NCBI GenBank assembly: GCA_032718475.1
Contig: JAUCBJ010002727.1
Location: 1-64,000, forward strand
Length of the DNA: 64,000 nucleotides
From: Nemertoderma westbladi
Lineage: Eukaryota > Animalia > Xenacoelomorpha
Direction: 5' to 3'
Part shown: positions 1 through 13,112 of the stretch, in pieces
Position numbering within the stretch: position 1 is the first letter of the stretch
Layout of the letters: each line of letters begins with the position of its first letter
The notes under the pieces: model-generated
Seen by the model: only the letters and a program-made list of their open reading frames with translations
Database searches by the model: none
Told to the model about the DNA's origin: nothing
Program-made: the position numbers and the translations under genes

Positions 1-276
1 AAAGAGAGTATATAACAACAGTTCATTACGATAGGGAGTAACTCATATCAATCACGTATCTGAACCCTAACTAACTAACTAACCATTTATATAATAAATC
101 GAGTTTATATATCTGTTATACTTTTAGTACTAAACTTCGCAATATTTACTTGGTCAGTCAGTTACCTTACCGGTATAGAATTATTAACTCTTTGATTAGT
201 TTCTACGTAAAAGTTATAATATATTAAACCAATAAATAATATCCGATGAAAATAGGAAACCTAATCCAATTTTTAC

Positions 277-454
277 TTATTCCGAATTACAAAATACATC
301 GATGGACTTTTGGGGAATTCCATCTGATATGAAATCGTGTTACTTGGCGTAATAAATAGTAATTATCAATGGTTCAGTTCCGGCCAACGGTGGACCATAA
401 ATAAGATAGAATTCTTATAACAACAACCTCCACTTACCTCAACTGAAGTACAAA
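277..454 (-). CDS. Possible downstream small exons (438-454, 17 nt; 277-323, 47 nt) of the ninein-like gene
   Basis: ttatag|TTTGTACTTCAGTTGAG|gtaagt and atcag|ATGGAA...AATAA|gtaaaa. Phases are compatible with exon 1188-1314 (VCTSVE, MEFPKSPSMYFVIRN). Splice signals only. Confidence 0.3.
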
Positions 455-667
455 CTATAACAATAACGGTACACTAAGTGTGAGACATTTTATGGGAAGG
501 GGGAAGGGGTGGAGGGGGAGTGTATATTGAAGCAAATACTTCTCGTTATATTCTAACCAAAACAATAAACGATAGTCAATAGCACCTGGTCACAGTTTAA
601 TTTTTGCTCTTAATTAGAACCCCCCACTTCTGCTAGGAGTATGACCACAACAACTGCACTCACAACA

Positions 668-1204
668 CAACACAATAACTTACCATAATTATACTCAACA
701 CAATAACTTACCATAATTATACTCAACACAATAACTTACCATAATTATACTCAACACAATAACTTACCATAATTATACTCAACACAATAACTTACCATAA
801 TTATACTCAACACAATAACTTACCATAATTATACTCAACACAATAACTTACCATAATTATACTCAACACAATAACTTACCATAATTATACTCAACACAAT
901 AACTTACCATAATTATACTCAACACAATAACTTACCATAATTATACTCAACACAATAACTTACCATAATTATACTCAACACAATAACTTACCATAATTAT
1001 ACTCAACACAATAACTTACCATAATTATACTCAACACAATAACTTACCATAATTATACTCAACACAATAACTTACCATAATTATACTCAACACAATAACT
1101 TACCATAATTATACTCAACACAATAACTTACCATAATTATACTCAACACAATAACTTACCATAATTATACTCAACACAATAACTTACCATAATTATACTC
1201 AACA
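668..1204. repeat. 28-bp tandem repeat, about 19 near-perfect copies (actcaacacaataacttaccataattat)
   Basis: Direct periodicity of 28 nt. The minus strand of each unit contains ATG|GTAAGT. Confidence 0.97.
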
Positions 1205-1314
1205 GTATAACTGGAGTTACTTTTGTTGTCAACAGAATCAACAAATTCTAAATCTTCATTCAGGGACTCGGATAAGACTCCAACAAAGTCCCTTTTAAAG
1301 TCGTCAAAATTAAT
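1188..1314 (-). CDS. Ninein-like protein, coding exon 2
   Basis: Acceptor atgcag|ATT; translates INFDDFKRDFVGVLSESLNE..., resembling the ninein segment VHFDQFKEALILILS. Phase 0 joins exon 1; donor G|GTAAGT lies in the first repeat unit. Confidence 0.7.
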
Positions 1315-1806
1315 CTGCATAGAGGTAATAATAATATCATTACATGTAATATGCAGTAAAACTAACTACAATCCAACTACCGACCGAGTACAACAACAAC
1401 CGAGGTCTACAACAATCCATCGACTACAGTTTAGTAAACTATGTAACCTCAAACCTGCATATTTGTGTATTTGAGTTTCGTTTATTGTTTATTGAAAGCC
1501 CGGAGTTAGTACTAGCAGTTCAGGGTATAGAGTTCTGATTATCATTACGAGTACTTTTATGTTCAGAATATATTTTCTTGTCCGCTGAAATCACTCATTA
1601 TGTCCGCAGATTTTTACTTTCTTAATTCTTATTTGTTGTAATTATTAAAACACCACAACCAATTGATTGTTACTTGAATGCTTACAGAACAGGTTTTATG
1701 TCTGTCTATTATTTTTAAACCTCCCGCCAACATCACCAACTCCTAAACTTGAAATTAACAGTCTTTAATGGCATAATTGTTGGCATTAAAAAGCACCTAA
1801 TTCTAG

Positions 1807-2163
1807 CGCTATATGATTGGTAGGCCCTTTGTCTGACCAATCAGTGACTCCTTGAAATTAGGATGCTTTAACGCCTCCTCGCTATATGATTGGTAGGCCC
1901 TTTGTCTGACCAATCAGTGACTCCTTGAAATTAGGATGTTTTAACGCCTCCTCGCTATATGATTGGTAGGCCCTTTGTCTAACCAGTCAGTGACTCCTTG
2001 AAATTAGGATGTTTTAACGCCTCCTCGCTATATGATTGGTAGGCCCTTTGTCTGACCAATCAGTGACTCCTTGAAATTAGGATGTTTTAACGCCTCCTCG
2101 CTATATGATTGGTAGGCCCTTTGTCTAACCAATCAGTGACTGCTTGGAATTAGGATGTCTTAA
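1807..2163. repeat. 73-bp tandem repeat, about 5 copies, intronic; each unit has an inverted CCAAT pair (tgattggt...accaatca)
   Basis: Units start at 1807, 1880, 1953, 2026 and 2099. Confidence 0.95.
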
Positions 2164-2686
2164 CCCTACTTGAAGGTTGATAGCGAAGTCACACTGATAT
2201 CGTAAATATCGTGCCGTTTTTATCCAAAGAGACCGCACGGCAAAGAGGTTGCAACAAGAAAGGATATATACAAATTCACATAAAATCTTGCCGCTGTAAA
2301 GTGCTCCTTTCCCTCAAATGGTAAGGTTATCGTTATTATTGTTTTTGTTTGGAGATTGTTTCGCTACAGTCATATGGAAATCGACTATCTGTCAACATCC
2401 AGAAATTATGAGGCATAGCGAAATCTATCTCATAGTCCAGATATCATCAAATTGTGAATGTTTTACTACAAGCATTGTAAAAGAAACTATCTGGCACTTT
2501 GAATGTTTTGGCACAGACATGGTGAAACCAACACTCTGACAGTCAAAGATATCACCAGTCTGGCGATTTGAAGAAATACGTAAATAAAGACATTCAGCGG
2601 AAAACAAGTAATTATGCAAACTTCTTAAAAAAATGCGAACAAAAAAAGTCAAAAGAACGGACATAAAAATAACTACTATTTCCCAC

Positions 2687-2866
2687 CTCCTTTTTTCCAT
2701 TACCAAGCATTCGCTTTAACATTTTTCTGGTGTGCTTTCCAATGGATAAGGTATTACACACGTCAATGATGCCCTCTTTGTTCAGCCTTTCGCGGTTGCT
2801 ATGGCAACAGGCAACGAAGACCTGTCGCAGTTGGGCAACGTATACATCCTCATCCATAGAATCCAT
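2687..2866 (-). CDS. Ninein/NINL-like EF-hand protein, first coding exon
   Basis: MDSMDEDVYVAQLRQVFVACCHSNRERLNKEGIIDVCNTLSI resembles the ninein N-terminus (LKELF..D....L.QEEL.DLC..L.L). 60 codons to donor GAG|GTGGGA; acceptor at 2917 and an in-frame stop upstream of the ATG. Confidence 0.72.
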
Positions 2867-3092
2867 AGGTGGGTGGCTGTTGATAAACTCCAGATCGGCT
2901 TATCTAAATGTTATTCCTGAATAATTATAAGAATACAATCAATTCCCGGTCCTAATTTGTTGGAATAAAATACAATTCATTTAACTCTTGGACAAGTAGG
3001 CTACATTGTAAGTAATACAACCCATTATTTACTTGGATTGAATGAGTAGAATGCAACTAATCAATAATTATCTACTTGGGCTGAGTAAGTAA

Positions 3093-6000
3093 AGTACCAT
3101 CCAAAGATTTGGTGTCCTCAGCAGTTAGAGCCCAGCATGGACTCCCATAGAGGAGTACTGGAACTACTGCTGCTCTAAATAATCGGACCTTTGGATGGGC
3201 TCTATGGTCCCACGACCTTTACGGAACCATTCTGTTTTTCACGTAGCAGTCTCTCAATGGGATCCTTTAATATAATTCTATTGTATAGCTTTGCAGCAAT
3301 CGAGATTAATGAGATTCCTCGAAAAAAACCATAGAGTGCTAGTTGCCCTTCTTGGGAACTGGCACCAACTTATTTGTTTTCATTTCTTGTGGGAATCTTG
3401 TTGTTCTTTATATGTCTACTATGTTGGGATAGATGAGCTTTAAACACTCAGGTATTTTAAAGACCTCAGGGGGGGGGGACACCATCTACTCCACTGGCAC
3501 GATTGGTCTTAATGCTTTTTGCAGCAGCCTTCACTTCTGCAAATTAGATATCGCCAATGGGAATATCTGGCTGTACAGACTCGGACACGTTCTTCTACAA
3601 AGTTATCCGGTACAATAATACCCTGGTTGTACAGACTCGGACACGTTCCACTACAAAGTTATCCGGTACAATAATACCCTGGTTCTGGTTGTACAGACTC
3701 GGACACGTTCTTCTACAAAGTTATCCGGTACAATAATACCCTGGTTGTACAGACTCGGACACGTTCTTCTACAAAGTTATCCGGTACAATAATACCCTGG
3801 TTGTAGAGACTCGGACACGTTCTTCTACAAAGTTATCCGGTACAATAATACCCTGGTTGTACAGACTCAGACACGTTCTTCTACAAAGTTATCCGGTACA
3901 ATAATACCCTGGTTGTAGAGACTCGGACACGTTCTTCTACAAAGTTATCCGGTACAATAATACCCTGGTTGTACAGACTCGGACACGTTCTTCTACAAAG
4001 TTATCTGGTACAATAATACCCTGGTTGTACAGACTCGGACACGTTCTTCTACAAAGTTATCTGGTACAACCCTGGTTGTACAGACTCGGACACGTTCTTC
4101 TACAAAGTTATCCGGTACAATAATACCCTGGTTGTACAGACTCGGACACGTTCTTCTACAAAGTTATCCGGTACAATAATACCCTGGTTGTACAGACTCG
4201 GACACGTTCTTCTACAAAGTTATCCGGTACAATAATACCCTGGTTGTACAGACTCGGACACGTTCTTCTACAAAGTTATCCGGTACAATAATACCCTGGT
4301 TGTAGAGACTCGGACACGTTCTTCTACAAAGTTATCGTTACAATAATACCCTGGTTGTACAGACTCGGACACGTTCTTATACAAAGTTATCCGGTACAAT
4401 AATACCCTGGTTGTAGAGACTCGGACACGTTCTTCTACAAAGTTATACGGTACAATAATACCCTGGTTGTACAGACTCGGACACGTTCTTCTACAAAGTT
4501 ATCCGGTACAATAATACCCTGGTTGTACAGACTCGGACACGTTCTTCTACAAAGTTATCCGGTACAATAATACCCTGGTTGTACAGACTCGGACACGTTC
4601 TTCTACAAAGTTATCCGGTACAATAATACCCTGGTTGTACAGACTCAGACACGTTCTTCTACAAAGTTATCCGGTACAATAATACCCTGGTTGTACAGAC
4701 TCGGACACGTTCTTCTACAAAGTTATCCGGTACAACCCTGGTTGTACAGACTCGGACACGTTCTTCTACAAAGTTATCCGGTACAATAATACCCTGGTTG
4801 TACAGACTCGGACACGTTCTTCTACAAAGTTATCCGGTACAATAATACCCTGGTTGTACAGACTCGGACACGTTCTTCTACAAAGTTATCCGGTACAATA
4901 ATACCCTGGTTGTACAGACTCGGACACGTTCTTCTACAAAGTTATCCGGTACAATAATACCCTGGTTGTACAGACTCGGACACGTTCTTCTACAAAGTTA
5001 TCCGGTACAATAATACCCTGGTTGTACAGACTCGGACACGTTCTTCTACAAAGTTATCCGGTACAATAATACCCTGGTTGTAGAGACTCGGACACGTTCT
5101 TCTACAAAGTTATCCATTACAATAATACCCTGGTTGTACAGACTCGGACACGTTCTTCTACAAAGTTATCCGGTACAATAATACACTGGTTGTACAGACT
5201 CGGACATGTTCTTCTACAAAGTTATCCGGTACAATAATACCCTGGTTGTACAGACTCGGACACATTCTTCTACAAAGTTATCCGGTACAATAATACCCTG
5301 GTTGTAGAGACTCGGACACGTTCTTCTACAAAGTTATCCGGTACAATAATACCCTGGTTGTACAGACTCGGACACGTTCTTCTACAAAGTTATCCGGTAC
5401 AATAATACCCTGGTTGTACAGACTCGGACACGTTCTTCTACAAAGTTATCCGGTACAATAATACCCTGGTTGTACAGACTCGGACACGTTCTTCTACAAA
5501 GTTATCCGGTACAATAATACCCTGGTTGTACAGACTCGGACACGTTCTTCTACAAAGTTATCCGGTACAATAATACCCTGGTTGTACAGACTCGGACACG
5601 TTCTTCTACAAAGTTATCCAGTACAATAATACCCTGGTTGTACAGACTCGGACACGTTCTTCTACAAAGTTATCCGTTACAATAATACCCTGGTTGTACA
5701 GACTCGGAAACGTTCTTCTACAAAGTTATCCGTTACAATAATACCCTGGTTGTACAGACTCGGACACGTTCTTCTACAAAGTTATCCGGTACAATAATAC
5801 CCTGGTTGTACAGACTCGGAAACGTTCTTCTACAAAGTTATCCGTTACAATAATACCCTGGTTGTACAGACTCGGACACGTTCTTCTACAAAGTTATCCG
5901 GTACAATAATACCCTGGTTGTACAGACTCGGACACGTTCTTCTACAAAGTTATCCAGTACAATAATACCCTGGTTGTACAGACTCGGACACGTTCTTCTA

Positions 6001-6125
6001 CGAAGTTATCCGGTACAATAATACCCTGGTTGTACAGACTCGGACACGTTCTTCTACAAAGTTATCCGTTACAATAATACCCTATCATTAATGAGGAGCC
6101 GTGACCTACTATAGAGTAGTGTAGT
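3093..6125 (-). mobile_element. Degenerate RTE-like LINE ORF2 fragment with an internal deletion and an embedded satellite
   Basis: Minus strand reads EVKAAAKSIKTNRASGVDGVP.., VPVPKKG, RGISLISIAAKLYNRIIL and KVRLFRAAVVPVLLYGSPCWALT. Nucleotide match to the LINE at 10840-11840. Confidence 0.88.
3570..6083. repeat. 56-bp satellite, about 45 copies
   Basis: Unit ggttgtacagactcggacacgttcttctacaaagttatccggtacaataataccct. Confidence 0.98.
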
Positions 6126-6269
6126 GAGAAACAAAGACTGCAATTCGGTGGCTAGAAGGATTGAGTAAATATAATGCTATCTATTAGATACTTGGATTAA
6201 GTGAGTAGAATACAACAAATTATCTACAATACATTACGACGTACTTGGATTAGTTGGATTGAGTAAGTG

Positions 6270-6822
6270 GAATAGGGTTGGTGCGCGAAAATATTGTTGG
6301 ACTAGAAACAATCGAATAAGGGGTAACAAGGTGCCCTGAATCGAGTGGCAGGGTGTGTATTTTGTAAAAAAAAAAAAACACAAGGAATCGGTCTAAATGG
6401 CAGGTTTAAGTAAGCCCGGGAACCCAATTTTGAAAATCGGCTGTGATTGGCTGCTACATATTTGACGTCATTATGCAGTGCTCTGATAATTTTTTATATT
6501 GGTTTATATGGGGGGTGATTTTAGATCCATTAAAATACACATTTAATCTCAATCATTTCACACGTGGCTTATATCAATTGAAAGCGGAGAGTCTTGCGCG
6601 ACTTTTGACACCACAATTAATTAAATTCATGGTGAAGAACATGTAGCTGCCAATCACAGCCGATTTTCAAAATTGGCCTCCCGCGCTTATTTAAACCCGC
6701 CATTTCGACCGTTTCCATGTGTTTCTACAAAAACCACACTCTGCCACTCTATTCAGGGCACCTTCTTACCCCTTATTCAATTGTTTCTAGCCGAACAATT
6801 TTTTCGAGCACCAAATCTATTC
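6270..6822. mobile_element. MITE / foldback element with ~190-bp imperfect terminal inverted repeats
   Basis: 6270-6460 is the reverse complement of 6640-6822 (e.g. aattttgaaaatcggctgtgattggc.gctaca / tgtagc.gccaatcacagccgattttcaaaatt). No credible ORF. Confidence 0.85.
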
Positions 6823-7099
6823 AAATCAATTATTACTTAATTATTTATATACACAGTGCGGTGTGTACTTTTAGGCCTACAGCACTGTAAATCACGGGCT
6901 ACTTACTTGGATTCTATAAATAACCACCATAATATGTTCTTTTCCGCCTCAAAGGACCCACATTTATCTTGTGCTGTAGGCTGTAGCAGCAAATAAATAT
7001 ATAAATAATAATAATATAATAAATAATATAAACAGAAACTGCGTGTACAAGGACAAACGTAATTGTGTGATTATTAAGGATATCGCATTATTTGAAACC

Positions 7100-9672
7100 A
7101 CAAAAGTTGTATAAGGATACTGAGGTACAATCTCAGTTAGCAATGTGTAAAAGTTGTATAAGGATAATGAGGTACAATCTCAGTTAGCAATGTAAATGTT
7201 GTATAAGCATAATGAGGTACAATCTCAGTTAGCAATGTAAAAGTTGTATAAGGATAATGAGGTACAATCTCAGTTAGCAATGTAAAAGTTGTATAAGCAT
7301 AATGAGGTAGAATCTCAGTTAGCAATGAGGTACAATCTCAGTTAGCAATGTAAAAGTTGTATAAGGATACTGAGGTACAATCTCAGTTAGCAATGTAAAA
7401 GTTGTATAAGGATAATGAGGTACAATCTCAGTTAGCAATGTAAAAGTTGTATAAGCATACTGAGGTACAATCTCAGTTAGCAATGAGGTACAATCTCAGT
7501 TAGCAATGCAAAAGTTGTATAAGCATACTGAGGTACAATCTCAGTTAGCAATGTAAAAGTTGTATAAGGATAATGAGGTACTATCTCAGTTAGCAATGCA
7601 AAAGTTGTATAAGCATAATGAGGTACAATCTCAGTTAGCAATGTAAAAGTTGTATAAGGATAATGAGGTACAATCTCAGTTAGCAATGCAAACGTTGTAT
7701 AAGCATAATGAGGTACAATCTCAGTTAGCAATGTAAAAGTTGTATAAGGATAATGAGGTACAATCTCAGTTAGCAATGCGAAAGTTGTATAAGCATACTG
7801 AGGTACAATCTCAGTTAGCAATGTAAAAGTTGTATAAGCATACTGAGGTACAATCTCAGTTAGCAATGAGGTACAATCTCAGTTAGCAATGCAAAAGTTG
7901 TATAAGGATAATGAGGTACAATCTCAGTTAGCAATGAGGTAAAATCTCAGTTAGCAATGTAAAAGTTGTATAAGCATAATGAGGTACAATCTCAGTTGGC
8001 AATGTAAAAGTTGTATAAGGATAATGAGGTACAATCTCAGTTAGCAATGTAAAAGTTGTATAAGGGTAATGAGGTACAATCTCAGTTAGCAATGAGGTAC
8101 AATCTCAGTTAGCAATGTAAAAGTTGTATAAGCATAATGAGGTACAATTTCAGTTAGCAATGTAAAAGTTGTATAAGCATAATGAGATAGAATCTCAGTT
8201 AGCAATGAGGTACAATCTCAGTTAGCAATGTAAAAGTTGTATAAGGATACTGAGGTACAATCTCAGTTAGCAATGTAAAAGTTGTATAAGGATAATGAGG
8301 TACAATCTCAGTTAGCAATGTAAAAGTTGTATAAGCATACTGAGGTACAATCTCAGTTAGCAATGAGGTACAATCTCAGTTAGCAATGTAAAAGTTGTAT
8401 AAGGATAATGAGGTACAATCTCAGTTAGCAATGTAAAAGTTGTATATGGATAATGAGGTACAATCTCAGTTAGCAATGCGAAAGTTGTATAAGCATACTG
8501 AGGTACAATCTCAGTTAGCAATGTAAAAGTTGTATAAGGATAATGAGGTACAATCTCAGTTAGCAATGCAAAAGTTGTATAAGCATAATGAGGTACAATC
8601 TCAGTTAGCAATGTAAAAGTTGTATAAGGACACTGAGGTACAATCTCAGTTAGCAATGAGGTACAATCTCAGTTAGCAATGCAAAAGTTGTATAAGCATA
8701 CTGAGGTACAATCTCAGTTAGCAATGTAAAAGTTGTATAAGGATAATGAGGTACAATCCAGTTAGCAATGCGAAAGTTTATAAGCATACTGATGTACAAT
8801 CTCAGTTAGCAATGTAAAAGTTGTATAAGGATAATGAGGTACAATCTCAGTTAGCAATGTAAAAGTTGTATAAGGATATTGAGGTACAATCTCAGTTAGC
8901 AATGTAAAAGTTGTATAAGGATAATGAGGTACAATCTCAGTTAGCAATGAGGTACAATCTCAGTTAGCAATGCAAAAGTTGTATAAGCATACTGAGGTAC
9001 AATCTCAGTTAGCAATGTAAAAGTTGTATAAGGATAATGAGGTACAATCTCAGTTAGCAATGCGAAAGTTATATAAGCATACTGAGGTACAATCTCAGTT
9101 AGCAATGTAAAATTTGTATAAGGATAATGAGGTACAATCTCAGTTAGCAATGTAAAAGTTGTATAAGGATAATGAGGTACAATCTCAGTTAGCAATGAGG
9201 TACAATCTCAGTTAGCAATGCAAAAGTTGTATAAGCATACTGAGGTGCAATCTCAGTTAGCAATGTAAAAGTTGTATAAGGATAATGAGGTACAATCTCA
9301 GTTAGCAATGTAAGAGTTGTATAAGCATACTGAGGTACAATCTCAGTTAGCAATGTAAAAGTTGTATAAGGATAATGAGGTACAATCTCAGTTAGCAATG
9401 AGGTACAATCTCAGTTAGCAATGTATAAGTTGTATAAGCACACTGAGGTGTAATCTCAGTTAGCAATGTAAAAGTTGTATAAGGATAATGAGGTACAATC
9501 TCAGTTAGCAATGAGGTACAATCTCAGTTAGCAATGCAAAAGTTGTATAAGCATACTGAGGTACAATCTCAGTTAGCAATGTAAAAGTTGTATAAGGATA
9601 ATGAGGTACAATCTCACTTAGCAATGCAAAAGTTGTATAAGCATACTGAGGTGTAGTCTCAGTTAGCAATGT
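7100..9672. repeat. 45-bp satellite with interspersed 23-bp truncated units
   Basis: Unit aaaagttgtataag(g/c)ata(a/c)tgaggtacaatctcagttagcaatgt; short unit gaggtacaatctcagttagcaat. Confidence 0.98.
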
Positions 9673-10839
9673 CACCGGTTATTGATCTCACAAATGGAGT
9701 TTTGTTCGCAACCAATATTAACAATAATGGAACTGCAGCAAATAGGAGGCGATTCCAATATCGTTAACAATGTCGTGTACCTAATGTAGTAATGGAAAGA
9801 TAAGCCAGGAAGCTATGCTATAATCCGTACAACGTTAGGATATACTGTAGAGCAGCTGACTTACTGGTTGTTATTATTCATGGCTTACATCACTAGCCTA
9901 GCCTACACGTTGTATACAAACAATGATACAAACCGGTGTAAGGTAAATTCACATTAGGTCCCTTACCGTATTATCATATCCTGGAATATACTATACATAC
10001 AACAGTAGTAGTGTCTATTTAATTCTGGTACCTGGACCACCACCCCTCCACCCAATGTGTCTTCAAATCTTAATGAGATTACTTGAAAATGGAAAGAGAG
10101 ATAGTTTCACTTTCAACCCACTCCTTACTGGATGAGTCAGAATTTTTATTTTCGCTTTCATACTTTAGCATAAGCGTTTAAAAAAAGTGTCTCAGGCGAT
10201 ATACACCAAAGTTACTGTTAATATTCTATTGGCATTGGGTTTGTTTTTACTGTATAACAAATAGGGGTATGTAACACAATCTGAATTTCGTTGAGTCTTA
10301 GCTGAGATATGGGCGTAAGAAAGTTGCATGTTGTTTAATCTGAGTGAGGCTATTTTATTATATTTAATAATATCCTTACCCATATGGGGACCATTTTGTT
10401 TTTATGTATGAAAATATCTGCGTAAAAGTGATACACACAGTTAGTGTTACCCATAAATATTATGAAATCAAGAAATCGTTGTATTTATTGAATACTCTCT
10501 CAGACGCAAAACCATGCAACCTGCAAACGCTAATATCTCTATACCCCAAAATCGGGATTACCTTGGGTTTGGAGTACAAGGGCCCACCTTATTCCTTTGA
10601 GGAAAAAAGTTATAAAAAAAATATGCTTTATTTCAGGTGGAATTTCTTAAATTTTATTGCATGTGTTGAAAGAGCATCGAAGCAGAGAAAGTTTGCCAAA
10701 ATCCATTCACACACTAAAAAGTTATTAAAACTTTAGTGTCTGCGAGACGTATTCCAAAACGGAACTCAACATTCAATATAAGGTTTACGTCGATGAGATG
10801 CATAAGTTATTGGTATTGATCGATAAGTTACTTTATAGA

Positions 10840-12147
10840 AGTAAAGGTGTCTGCGTCTGTACTCCCAGATATTCCCATTGGCGATATGTTGCAAAGCTAT
10901 ACAATAGAATTATATTAAATCGCATCAGGGATCCTATTGAGAGACTGCTCCGTGGAAATCAGAATGGGTTCCGTAAAGGTCGTGGGACCACGTAGTCAAT
11001 TTTGGCACTTAGAAGGATAATTGAAGAGTTATCAAAAAAGAAACACAGGCATCTGGCTGTTATCTTTGTTGACTTCTTCAAGGCCTTTGATTCAGTCTCT
11101 CGCTCACGTATGTTCAGCATACTTTCAATATATGGGATTCCTGATGAAATTATTGCAGCAATCAGATCAGTATACGGGGGTTCGACAACATTTGTGTCTA
11201 CTGTTGACGTTGACACAGAACCATTTGGAGTGTTATGGGGCGTCCTCCAGGGAGACACACTTGCACCATTCTTGTTCATAATTGTAGTTGACTATGTTCT
11301 ACGCATGTCCTTAGATCATCATAATGATTGTAGTTGACTATGTTCTACGCATGTCCTTAGATCATCATAATGATGATGCGGTGATGATAACTCCACCTAC
11401 TGGCTCCAGAAGTCGAGGAAATCCTGCCAAGTACCTAACTGATCTAGACTTTGCTGATGACTTAGGAGTACTCTCAGAATCACTAGAGGGAGTCCAACGG
11501 CTCCTCAGTTTATTAGAACAGACTGCTTCTAGTGTTGGTATTTTTAACTCCAAAAAGACCAACATTTTGACAGTTAACTTTGAAAGTTCTCAGCAAGTCT
11601 CTGACCGGAAGAGCATAAGCTCAAAGGATGGCATGCTTGAGCCTGTGGACGACTTCTGTTAGCTGGGATAATGAATCCGGAAGTCAGGTGAGGACCTTCC
11701 AATACGTTGGGGAAAGGCATGGGCTGCTTGAATAGGCTTTCCAGGATTTTGAAGTCACCGAGAATTAATCGGAAACTTCAGCGGTTACTCCTCTATTGGA
11801 GTCCATTCTGGGCTCTAACTGCCAAATCTCTGGATGGAACAAGAATGCTACGCCGGGTTCATTGTGTCAAGTACAATGCACACATCTCCAACCAGACACT
11901 ATATAACATTGGAGGTGTCTCATTGGTTCCCCCAAGCTTGACACTAGAACAAAATCGCCTCCGGTTTGCAGGACATTGCTTTCGCCGTGAGGACCAGTGC
12001 CACATGGAGTGAATAAGCATGGTGGACACCCATGACTTTCTTGAGACGCATCTTAAATGACACTGGCCTTGCGGATGATCTAGCAAATGTCATGGGTGAT
12101 AGGGAGATCTGCGGCGCAATTTTGTCGACAAGCCGGCACAGCATTAT
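10840..12147 (+). mobile_element. 5'-truncated, degenerate RTE-like LINE (reverse transcriptase pseudogene)
   Basis: QNGFRKGRGT, FVDFFKAFDSV, GVLQGDTLAPFLF, LDFADD and RLRFAGHC motifs, broken by stops, frameshifts and a 46-bp tandem duplication at 11281-11372. Confidence 0.93.
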
Positions 12148-12149
12148 TT

Positions 12150-12409
12150 ATATATATGTAATATATATATAATGCAGCTGCAATACAGCTTGTCGATCCT
12201 AGTAGTAAAGTAGTGTTTCATTGATAACAGTCATAACTATTTCAATAAATGAATTGGAGTTGAGCTGTTAATGCAACTGTAATTAAAGGTGTAATATTAT
12301 GGTTTTGTTCAGAAATGGAAAAATTGAGGAATGGCGTCACCGGGGGTTGAACCAGTACGTTTCAACCTGAGGCATCATCAGTAACGCTAACCAGTTCAGC
12401 CACTTGTCC
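12150..12409 (-). mobile_element. tRNA-derived SINE (or pseudo-tRNA head with tail)
   Basis: Minus strand has A box TGGCTGAACTGG and B box GGTTCAACCCC ending in ...CGCCA; the acceptor stem pairs poorly. The 3' end (12150-12210) recurs at about 45200-45262 next to a (TA)n tail. Confidence 0.6.
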
Positions 12410-12505
12410 CTGACATTCACTCTCCCACATAATCCACTTCTATTGAACAGGCAGTCTTAAGTTGCATCCTATCTCTAACTAACGATCTATAACTATTTTA
12501 ATTAT

Positions 12506-13112
12506 TGTGACGGGATCCAGGAGTTGGCTTATGAATGCCGACCGGTGTGTTGTTTGGGCTATACGCGTCGCCGCGTCTGTAGGCTGCTGAAAGGCTTGTG
12601 GTGTCTGAACGTTAAGGCCGTTGGAATAACTGAGTTTTAGTGTCGGTCGTTATAATGTCTGGACGTAATAATAGCACAATCAGAATATAATAGCACGCGG
12701 TAGTGACGACGGTTAAAAACCGTTCCAGTCTCACAACTCTACAGATACCAACTGAATCAGAATCCACAAGTACAACGGTTATATTGCTAACACATATTAG
12801 TTACTCCTACTGTTCTAAGTGGCCTGGCCAATGGATGCGTTCCAATCACCTGTTTTCCTCTCCCATCATTGGCTTGCCTAATTAATCTCCATCTCGCCAC
12901 TCCCTGTTGCCACTGTCCCCACGTGCTAGCCCCTTTGTCCCCTTGAGATGGTTTAAGACCTCTCAACTCTGCTCCTGGCTGGCAGTGTGCGTTGCACAGT
13001 AGGTGTTATTAGGTGACATTATATTAGTAATGTCACCTTCCCAACTATAATTGGTAAAAAGCCACTTTGCCCATTTTCCGCTGGGTAGTGCATGGAATTA
13101 AATCCGCTTACA
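12506..13112 (-). mobile_element. Solo LTR (607 bp), related to the LTR of the adjacent BEL element
   Basis: TG...CA termini, TSD ATTAT on both sides, shared terminus tgtgacgggatc and similar layout to LTR 13311-13875. Confidence 0.85.

Noticed and set aside
7137-9398. Repetitive ORFs (LLTEIVPHYPYTTFT)n
   Set aside because: By-product of a 45-bp (multiple of 3) satellite; frames are broken by the 23-bp units.
12332-12409. Functional tRNA gene
   Set aside because: A and B boxes are present but the acceptor and anticodon stems do not pair well; treated as a SINE head.
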